From: Macrostomum hystrix
Lineage: Eukaryota; Animalia; Platyhelminthes
DNA: 64,000 bases
Assembly: GCA_950097015.1 (NCBI GenBank)
Contig: CATNEN010000025.1
Coordinates: 7,068,001 to 7,132,000 of the forward strand
Reading direction: 5' to 3'
Shown: positions 33,601-42,413 of the stretch, one piece after another
How the letters are laid out: the number at the start of each line of letters is the position of its first letter
Position numbering within the stretch: position 1 is the stretch's first letter
Translations under genes and position numbers: made by a program
The notes under the pieces: model-generated
Databases searched by the model: none
Seen by the model: only the letters and a program-made list of their open reading frames with translations
Told to the model about the DNA's origin: nothing

Positions 33601-36600
33601 GCAGGCACACGCTCACACAGGTGTGTACATCTGCCCTGACTTTCTCATCGTTGGTTGGCCTTCGAAGGCGTAAATAAATTGTACTAAAAGTCCCCAAATG
33701 AATGTGGCCTCACCGCGGAATCGAGCTCAGGCACCTTGATGCGAGAGGCAACAGCGTTAGACCGCTCTGCCACTCACCCTCCAACCTTCACGGCCTACAC
33801 AGTAGCTCTGGAGGCTGCGTACAGCCGTTCAGTCCATGGACTGTGAGGTGACGCAACACCCCACTCCAATTACCCCAGCTATCCTCCAATTGTTCCAGTG
33901 GAGTCAGGAATCGAACCCCAGACCTTAAAGTCGTGACACCCGCTCGGCTACAACCCCGCCAGCAAAGTCATCGTCACTGAATGTTCCTATGCATTCTTGA
34001 TGCTAACTTACATCGGCAACATTATCAGAAGGTCTCAAACTCTGGCCGAGTATGAGTGACATATTCTCCAGAGTCATCTTGTTGCTATGGCTGTAGCGCA
34101 CTAGCACAGCCGTGTGCAGTATGACCGCGCGCAGGAAGCTGTGGCTGGCAGGCCGGCGCTTCTTCAATTGGCGCAGATGCTCGGCGCACTGGGCCGGGCT
34201 GTCCTTAGCTGAGACCAGCTTCTCTGTTAGGCGAGGCGGCAACGGCGGCTCCGTTAGTTCGCGAAGGAACAGTTTTAGAAGGCCGGTGGCCACGTGCAGA
34301 TCGCTGTCCTGCAGCGAGATAATAATTGTGTATAGAAGAGATTAATTGCTAGGTTAAAAACAGTGACCTTGACCAAAAATTAATGAGTTGCATAACTGCG
34401 GCTTGAAGATAAATAATCCACAGGTATGAATTTCACCTTCGAACAAAACTTCGCTTCTTATCAACGAATAAGAATTTTCAGGTCACTTTTAATCAAGTAC
34501 TTGGCTACCTGATCAGGCAGCCAGTTCTCACCTGAATACGAGCTAATAATAATAATAATTGCAAGAGGGCTGCAGACAATGGCACACCATATGGTGACAC
34601 TAGATCCGCAGCCAGCGAGGAGGCAATTCTGCCCATTCCGCTGACTCCTGAGCACACACGCACACAGATACTGTACGCAGCTCACACAGGTGTGTACATC
34701 TGCCCTGACTTTCTCATCGTCAGGCAGTGTACACTCTCATTGTGCCTTGGAGGTTGGCTCTCAAAGCCTTCTCTCCGCGGCTGCGCCCCAAATAAATGTG
34801 GCCTCGCCGCGGAATCGAGCTCGGGCACCTTGGTGCGAGAGGCAAACGCGTTTGATCGCTCTGCCACTCACCCCCCCAGTTCTCACCTGAGTATAGACTA
34901 GTTTAAACTTGAGAGGCGCTCGCCGGAATTCGGCCAGCGATTCGGCCACCCGCAGCTGATTGCCGGTGATCCTGTAGATGCCCTCCGTCTCCAGGCCGTA
35001 GTTGGCTACAAACTGCAGGCAAGCGGAGGCCAGCAGAGGCACGCCTTTGGAATCCAACGGCTGATCCTCTAGGCTTGTGCCGCAAGACAAGGCGTCCTGC
35101 ACCACCTGCAGGAGCTCCTGCGCCTGCTCAGGCGTGGACGAGTGCACCCGCAGGTTGACGGCCTCCTGGCCGGGTCCGCGCGGCAGGCACAGGTGAATGC
35201 AGCGCGACTGCTCTGTGGACTGGCGGTAGCTCTGCACACACCGCAGGTCAAAGTAGTCCTTGGGATTAGGAGCCAGCTGGCCCTCGGTTACCAGCCACAT
35301 CCGGCGCTGCCCGAATGCCTTGGCGAGTGGAAAAGTGCAAAATTTAGCCTTCTCACAACTGGGAGATCTTGGCTTGTAGCTTTGCTAATCTTGGGATATG
35401 AGATTGAAGTTTGTGCTTCTAACCTGTAGATTTCGGATTCTAGATTTTATAATCTCGGGATTCGGAAATCTAGCTTTTATAACCAGAAAATTAGAGATTG
35501 AAGCTTCCTTTGGATTAGGGATTGTAGCTTCCTTTGGATTAGGGATTGTAGCTTCCTTTGGATTAGGGATTGTAGCTTCCTTTGGATTAGGGATTGTAGC
35601 TTCCTTTGGATTAGGGATTGTAGCTTCCTTTGGATTAGGGATTGTAGCTTCCTTTGGATTAGGGATTGTAGCTTCCTTTGGATTAGGGATTGTAGCTTCC
35701 TTTGGATTAGGGATTGTAGCTTCCTTTGGATTAGGGATTGTAGCTTCCATGGGATCTGAGACTGCAGCCCCTCTGGGATCTGGGACTGAAGCTTCCCTAA
35801 CCTGGGGATCAGGGATTGAAGCTTCTCTAACCCGGGGATCAGGGACTGAAGCTTCCCTAACCTGGGATCTGGGACTGAAGCTTTACTAACCTGGGGATCA
35901 GGGACTGAAGCTTCTCTAACCTGGGGATCAGGGACTGAAGCTCTCCAAAAAAGGACTACCTGCAGCTTCTAAAAGTTTAGGATCTAGGAATCTAGCTAGA
36001 GCAAATGTTCCAACTGTTTTTACACCTACCAGAATGCAGGTGAGCGGTTCGCTGCCAAATTCAGCCATCTGCACTCGAGCCCGAATCACCATGCTGTACT
36101 GCTTGGCTGCCTCCTCGTCGGCTAGGCCAGGCAGCAGGTGGCGGCACAACTGAAGCCACCAGGCTGATTGGCGCTCCTTCAAAGCCAGCTGGTGCCTGAC
36201 GGAGTCGCTAGCCAGCTGCATGAAGCCGCTGGAGAGGTGCAGGAAGCAGAGCTGGCTGCAGTCCTGCTTGACTCGCACTGACATCTCCTGGCTGTAGAGG
36301 CAGAGCAGGCCGTTGGATCTTAGGCAGAGCCACTGCTGCTCACCCTTGCTAATGCACAGATCCCAAAGCAGGACATCGCCAACAGCTTTGCGATTCAGGT
36401 CCACCAGTTTGGCGGCTAGGGAATCGGCTGCAATCAGATGCTGCAACGAGTCCAGTTGGGATTGGTGAATAGCTCGAAGGACCGCCTCCAACGGTGCCGA
36501 GTCAGCGAACTGGACAGCCGGCGTAGTGTCCATGTTGGCCTTGCGAATATATTTGCGCACTATGTAGTTTAAGCGGTCCTGCGGTGTGGCGAACTGGCGC

Positions 36601-39600
36601 TGGCTAATCTTTGGCTGCTCGCCGTGGCACCAGAATCTGCGAGACGGTGTCACAGTTTGAGGGTCCGAGGTCAACGAGCTATGCACGAAATTAATCTTCA
36701 GATTGGCTTTAATCATACCTACTGGACTTTGCTCATACATTCTTTGGGTGTAACCTTTGTTGGGCATAATCTATATCTTCAGGCCCTCAGATTGGTTAGT
36801 TGTTTTACCTTCAGGTCCTCAGGTGAGGTTTTACTTATATCTTCAGGCCGGTTTGGTGTTCCTTATATCGTCAAGCCCTCAGGCCCTCAGGCTCTTAGGT
36901 TTGATGTTAATTATAACTTCAGGCCTTTAGATAAGCTGTAATTTATATAACTTCAGGCTTTAAGATAAGCTGTAACTCATAACTTCAGGCCTTTAGATAA
37001 GCTGTAATTTATATAACTTCAGGCTTTAAGATAAGCTGTAACTCATAACTTCAGGCCTTTAGATAAGCTGTACAATTTATATAACTTCAGGCCTTAAGAT
37101 AAGCTGTAATTTATATAACTTCAGGCCTTAAGATAAGCTGTAATTTATATAACTTCAGGCCTTTAGATAAGCTGTAATTTATATAACTTCAGGCCTTAAG
37201 ATAAGCTGTAATTTATATAACTTCAGGCCTTTAGATAAGCTGTAATTTATATAACTTCAGGCTTTAAGATAAGCTGTAACTCATAACTTCAGGCCTTTAG
37301 ATAAGCTGTAATTTATATAAATTCAGGCCTTTAGATAAGCTGTAATTTATATAACTTCAGGCCTTTAGATAAGCTGTAATTTATATAACTTCAGGCCTTT
37401 AGATAAGCTGTACAATTTATATAACTTCAGGCCTTAAGATAAGCTGTAGCTTATAACTTCAGGCCTTAAGATAAGCTGTAGCTTATAACTTCAGGCCTTA
37501 AGATAAGCTGTAGCTTATAACTTCAGGCCTTTAGATAAGCTGTAGCTTATAACTTCAGGCCTTAAGATAAGCTGTAGCTTATAACTTCAGGCCTTTAGAT
37601 AAGTTGTAATTTATATAACTTCAGTTCTTTAGATAAGCTGTAATTTATATAACTTCAGGCCTTAAGATAAGCTGTAGCTTATAACTTCAGGCCTTAAGAT
37701 AAGCTGTAGCTTATAACTTCAGGCCTTTAGATAAGCTGTAATTTATATAACTTCAGGCCTTTAGATAAGCTGTAATTTATATAACTTCAGACGTTTAGAT
37801 AAGCTGTAATTTATATAACTTCAGGCCTTTAGATAAGCTGTAATTTATATAACTTCAGGCCTTAAGATAAGCTGTAATTTATATAACTTCAGGCCTTTAG
37901 ATAAGCTTTAGCTTATAACTTCAGGGCTTTAGATAAGCATTGCGTACAAAAATCACAACAAAAAGTGACACCTGTTGGAAGCGCCATTGCCTAGTCGAAC
38001 AAACAGCTGCACAACTTCATCCGTCCACACTTTGACATCGAACTTCAGTCCGTGCACCTTGGAGAAATCTGTGCTCAATTTCCTGTGATGGCCGCTGCAC
38101 TCGTCACACAGGGTGACGCACAGATTCAACGAAGCCCAAAGCGGGTTAGGCGCGCCGCAGTCGCCGCAGACGCGATTGCTCTCGTTCTCCAATACGGCTG
38201 CCATTGTGGCAGGGACGCCACTAGAAGCATCGGAGCCTGTCCTCTGATGCGTCGGCGCGCCCAGCGATGTAGCGGACGAGGCCAGCTGCTTCGAGACGCC
38301 GAGCTGGCCTGGCGATGGAGCGGCGTCGTCAGCGGTCCAATCAGTGCGAATGGCCTGCTCAACTGTCAGGTGAAATTTCTCCTGACGCTGCGCGTCTTCG
38401 AATTGCAACGCGAGGCGAACACTAGCCGAGACCAAGTCGATGCCAGATTTAGCAGGATTCGGCTTCAATAGACATGTGCGCAGAGACATGCGGTGAGTCT
38501 GCACGTGAGCCCGAAACTCTTCATCGGAGCGATAGTAGGCCAGGTAGGCAGCGCGGCGATTCAAAGCAAACAGGTATTTGTGCCGGCCAACCACCTTGGC
38601 CCAGCCCAGTTGCTCCTCATCGTAAAAACCAGACGGCACATTGCTGGAGATGATGCCATTGTAGATGAGGTTGCGCCACACTGTCTCCAATGGCTCCTGA
38701 TAGATTGCGTCTGAGTCATCGCATGATCTGTGTGACAATGGAGAATATCAATCTGGATAGTAGCCTCATTCACAAACACTTTGACAAAGATTTTCCATTT
38801 TTTCTCCCAAAATATTCAACATATCGCCGTGACAATCTAGTAAGCGCGCTAAAACTATACGCTCTATAGGATCAAACAACTTGCAGAGTTACAAAACATA
38901 GGCATCGTCGAGATATTCAACGATTATTGTCGGGGTATCTTGTGGCAAAAAAAACAATAATATAGGAATAATTTTTCTGCTAACAAAATTTCATCATGTA
39001 GCTATGTCGGCTATATTTTTATATTGTTCATACAGGCCAATGTTTGTTGTCCTTGTCACCAGAGTGACAAACACTAGAGGTCGCTTTGTGAATCAAAAGC
39101 TAGGGTCACTTTACCAAACAAAAGAGGTCCCTTTACTAAAAACGGAAGTCACTTTGCTAAACACTAGATGTCCCTTCACTGAAGAACAGAGGTCACTTTA
39201 CCAAACACTAGAGATCCCTTTACTGAAGAACAGAGGTCACTTTACCAAACACTAGAGATCCCTTTACTGAAGAACAGAGGTCACTTTACCAAACACTAGA
39301 GATCCCTTTATTGAAGAACAGAGGTCACTTTACCAAACACTAGAGATCCCTTTATTGAAGAACAGAGGTCACTTTACCAAACACTAGAGATCCCTTTATT
39401 GAAGAACAGAGGTCACTTTACCAAACACTAGAGATCCCTTTATTGAAGAACAGAGGTCACTTTACCAAACACTAGAGATCCCTTTATTGAAGAACAGAGG
39501 TCACTTTACCAAACACTAGAGATCCCTTTACTGAAGAACAGAGGTCACTTTACCAAACACTAGAGATCCCTTCTGTTCTCTGAAGAACAGAGGTCACTTT

Positions 39601-41767
39601 ACCAAACACTAGAGATCCCTTCTGCTCTCTGAAGAACAGAGGTCACTTTACCAAACACTAGAGATCCCTTCTGTTCTCTGAAGAACAGAGGTCACTTTAC
39701 CAAACACTAGAGATCCCTTCTGCTCTCTGAAGAACAGAGGTCACTTTACCAAACACTAGAGGTTCTTTTACTAAAAAACTGATGTCACTTTACCAAACAC
39801 TTGAGATCCCTTTACTGAAGAACAGAGGTCACTTTACCAAACACTATAGAGGTCCCTTTACTGAAGAACAGAGGTCACTTTACCAAACAATCAAATCCCA
39901 TTCTCAACAACCACCGGCTTGTTTTTAAAACACGATCTCATAGATTGCAGTAAGACTTCTCCAGTTTTTACAGTTTTCTCCAAGCCTCTCGTTGGTAAAA
40001 AATGGTTAATACAACGGCAAACAAAAGTGTACTTAACCGGAAAAACTCTGGACAGTATCTAGCTAATATCAAGCCAGCTAAAGTATTCAGCGTCAACTGT
40101 AATCTTGGGGTGCTTTGAAAATGACAAAGCTAAATCTATTTTTAGCACCAAAAAGCCGAGAGCTAAACGGCAGGCAGCGACCCCGCGAGCATGCAAAGAG
40201 GTGGGACCACCACACTTGCGTGGCTGGCTTAGGATAGAAGATGACTGAGAGAAATATAGAAACAGAGAATAAGTAAGACCAGCTGGAGGTAAATGGGGTG
40301 AAAGAAAATAGCGAATAGCGCGCACAAATTTACGGGAGGTTGGGGTGGCTGCAGATGTGGTTCAGGATGCGCGAAATATATCTAGAGAGAGGCCGAGAGA
40401 CATTGTGAACCGTATCGGAGACTAATAGTCATCCAAATAATGCAGAGAAATAGCGAGAGAGACTGGACCGCAGTACTGACTTACGAAACAAGATGCAGGA
40501 ATAGGGTTATTAAGAAAGAAAAAACTCACAAACTACCTATATCTAGCTGTCCTTGTTGCTGCCTAGATGCTTTGTCAAATGTATCCACTTGAAATACGAG
40601 CGTATGACCTAATAAAACCAATACTTCGGCTTATTTTAGGACCGTTTTGAGTGACTTTAGAAGCGGTCCATGGTCTTAATACAATAATTGATTACACCTG
40701 CCCTAATTTGGCCAGATGTGCAGCCGACAGCACAGCCGCGGCTATTGCGCGGCGCATCTGAAGGCTGCGTACGACTGTTCAGTCCATGGACTGGGGCGAC
40801 GCCACACCCATCCTCAATTACACCAGATAATGCTGGTACCAATTTAACAGGTGGGTGAACTGAAGCAACGTAGGGTTAAAAGTATCTTTCTAAAGGACAC
40901 AAATTGTTCTAATGGAGTCTGGAATCGAACCCCCGACCTTCCCGTTTTAACCCCTGACGCTCGCCGTTATAGAGGAACTTGCTACGGTACAGAGGCTTTT
41001 GAGTCTTTTGACACGACTTTATAAGGCCGTTTGTCACAGTCTCACATTTATCGTATTAGGAAATTCATCGCTTAATAAATAATTTATAGAATGAGATGAA
41101 CAGACCTGAACACCATTTCAACCTGCCGGTCCATGCGCAAAGTCAGCTCAAGCTTGTTCTTATTAACTCGGACATCCAACAGCTGGCTCAGTGGAATGAT
41201 CTTCTTCGAGACACTACTAGTCTGCTTAGCAAAGATGAATAATTCACAAGAGCTTAGCTTTAGATAGCGCTTAATCCATCTATAGCCGTACTGCATCTGC
41301 ATGTAGCCTTCGCGCACGTATTCCTCCTCCTCCAAGATGCTGACCGTGATGCGCATTTTCTCATCCAGAGTCAGATCCGAATAGATATTCTCGTCAGCGT
41401 CTAGCTCGTCCCCAGACTCTGCATCCGTGACAACCGAGACACAGCTGGGCAGGCCTGAATGCGGCGACAATTCATTGCCCGATGACGACGATGGTAATAG
41501 GCGCTGTTGCACAATTGAAAAATTTACTGGTGGTTGGGGAGGCGGTGACAGTGGCGGGGGCGGCGGCGGTGGCAGTGACGGCGGCGGAGGTGGTGTCAGA
41601 GGTGGCTGATGTGGCGGGAGTGGTGGCAGCAGTGAAGGCAGCAGTGGAGGAGGCAGCGAGTCAGGCAGCGGAGGCGATGATGAGAGAGGTGGTGCATTGC
41701 TTTTAGAAGATGTTTCCCAGATTTTGCCATACAGTTCCATATCCTGCTGGTCAATGTCGTCACTCAT
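27645..41767 (-). CDS. ARAP-like multidomain GAP (Pro-rich, PH, ArfGAP, PH-like, RhoGAP, RA), 9 exons, ~1277 aa
   Basis: Exons 41767-41106, 38727-37972, 36636-36030, 35318-34887, 34308-34012, 33387-33097, 31630-31421, 30450-30101, 27873-27645. Total 3834 nt (divisible by 3) and all phases compatible. ArfGAP Zn finger CGDC-x16-CDEC...HR; RhoGAP arginine finger GLETEGIYRITGN and NKM; RA-like ERLVDPRELVKPILNRW. Further upstream exons are possible (ctag|gtATG). Confidence 0.87.
27985..30090. repeat. Minisatellite, 31-bp unit (GGGATCT[G/A]GAAACA[T/C]AGCATCCCATAAACTA), last ARAP intron
   Basis: ~2.1 kb of tandem copies with no spacers. Confidence 0.97.
30440..31335. repeat. Minisatellite, 44-bp (43-bp variant) unit containing the ARAP exon 8 splice acceptor
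   Basis: GGGGATGACCAGCTCTGAGCACGGATGGAGATGGGTTGGAGTCT, ~20 copies; the last partial copy overlaps the exon start. Confidence 0.95.
31358..31405 (-). mobile_element. SINE family A head fragment
   Basis: Minus strand AAGGTCCCTGTGCTCGATTCCGCGGC matches the family A B-box region. Confidence 0.5.
31715..33005. repeat. Minisatellite, 40-41-bp unit (AATCCCTGAATGCTAGACTAGCAATCCATTTCGATTCTTT)
   Basis: Tandem copies with variants. Confidence 0.93.
33480..33782 (-). mobile_element. tRNA-derived SINE family A
   Basis: Head GGGTGAGTGGCAGAGCGGTCTAACGC...GAGCTCGATTCC, the conserved body, and a 3' region homologous to the 15.5 and 34.6 kb copies. Confidence 0.8.
33805..33962 (-). mobile_element. SINE family B lacking the CORE-like segment
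   Basis: Head with TAGCCGAGCGG (A box) and GGTTCGATTCC (B box), joined directly to the AGTCCATGGACTGAACGGCTGTACGCAGCC region. Confidence 0.7.
34545..34877 (-). mobile_element. tRNA-derived SINE family A, most complete copy
   Basis: tRNA-like head, hairpin-rich body and an (ATT)n tail at ~34545-34560. Confidence 0.85.
35497..35940. repeat. Two adjacent minisatellites: 24-bp (GCTTCCTTTGGATTAGGGATTGTA) then 30-bp (ACCTGGGGATCAGGGACTGAAGCTTCTCTA)
   Basis: Tandem copies; the units share GAAGCTTC/GGGAT segments. Confidence 0.9.
36910..37935. repeat. Minisatellite, ~31-36-bp unit (ATAACTTCAGGCCTTTAGATAAGCTGTAATTTAT)
   Basis: Tandem copies. Confidence 0.93.
38901..39062. mobile_element. Truncated MITE related to the 50957-51221 element
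   Basis: GGCATCGTCGAGATATTCAACGATTATTGTCGGGGTATCTTGTGGCAAAAA is near-identical to the TIR of the 51 kb MITE. Confidence 0.55.
39090..39890. repeat. Minisatellite, 44-48-bp unit (GAAGAACAGAGGTCACTTTACCAAACACTAGAGATCCCTTTACT)
   Basis: Tandem copies. Confidence 0.93.
40690..40975 (-). mobile_element. tRNA-derived SINE family B with a CORE-like central domain
   Basis: Minus strand: B box GGTTCGATTCC, then GTGTCCTTTAGAAAGATACTTTTAACCCTACGTTGCTTCAGTTCACCCACCTGTTAAATTGGTACC. By eye this aligns with the CORE-SINE consensus (GTGACCTTGGGCAAGTCACTTAACC...GCCTCAGTTTCCTCATCTGTAAAATGGG). Confidence 0.7.
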
Positions 41768-42042
41768 ACCTAGCTGTAATTTATTTCAGTAAGTTTTATA
41801 TTTGTTTTTAAGACATTCAAATGAAAAATCGGTTAAATAAAAAATGAAAGATATACCTAATTTTTCAAGACTCTAAATTAATCAAAATTTAACAAAAAAA
41901 TACTTTTCCCTTGTTTTTCATGCTTACTCTTGGTCAATCTAGTAAAAGTAGTATGAAAAATGACTAGCTGAAAACCTTTTGTATAATATAGTTAGCTAAG
42001 AAGCTCAATAATTTTCGAATTTGCTATAAATATTATTCACAT

Positions 42043-42227
42043 GTGTTAAATTATTTGCGTGTTAAATTATTTGCGTGTTAAATTATTTGCAGTGTTAAAT
42101 TATTTGCAGTGTTAAATTATTTGCAGTGTTAAATTATTTGCAGTGTTAAATTATTTGCAGTGTTAAATTATTTGCAGTGTTAAATTATTTGCAGTGTTTA
42201 ATTATTTGCAGTGTTAAATTATTTGCA
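42043..42227. repeat. 11-copy 16/17-bp array (GTGTTAAATTATTTGCA) at the 5' end of the RTE element
   Basis: Two 16-bp and nine 17-bp units immediately inside the left TSD. Confidence 0.95.
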
Positions 42228-42413
42228 CCCTAGTGCAAATAAATGCCGCCGCCTCCTGGTGACGCTGGAGTCCCCAGAGCTTGCCTCGGCCAACACGGAG
42301 AGCCGCGCCCTGGTGCTGCGGCTGCCAAGTGCGGCAGGTCGGGAGGACGGCGTGGACAGCGAAGCACCCGACGTCGCACCGAGCGGCGAAGGGAACGCAA
42401 CCGGCGAGGGCGA

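Noticed and set aside
33715-33962. Functional tRNA genes
   Set aside because: A and B boxes are present but I could not fold a cloverleaf with an acceptor stem, and the heads are attached to shared SINE bodies.
34700-34735. Hammerhead ribozyme core (CTGACGA...GAAA) in SINE A
   Set aside because: Only 3 nt separate CTGACGA and GAAA, so no stem II can form, and the bases are part of a simple long hairpin.
35497-35748. Interstitial telomeric repeat (TTAGGG)
   Set aside because: Only one TTAGGG per 24-bp unit, not a tandem telomeric tract.
35955-36030. ARAP exon 3 extending to the donor at 35960
   Set aside because: That donor is phase 1, while the next acceptor (35318) is phase 0. CTG|GTAGGT at 36030 fits.
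40100-40450. Possible decayed RT C-terminal fragment (GWLRIEDD...GGKWGERK...DARN)
   Set aside because: Multiple stops and only a vague resemblance to RTE C-termini; cannot be supported without an alignment.
42043-42227. The 17-bp RTE 5' unit as tandem spliced-leader copies
   Set aside because: Only loose similarity (AATTATTTGCA) to my recollection of flatworm SL 3' ends, and it lacks the terminal ATG. It would need comparison with the species' SL sequence.
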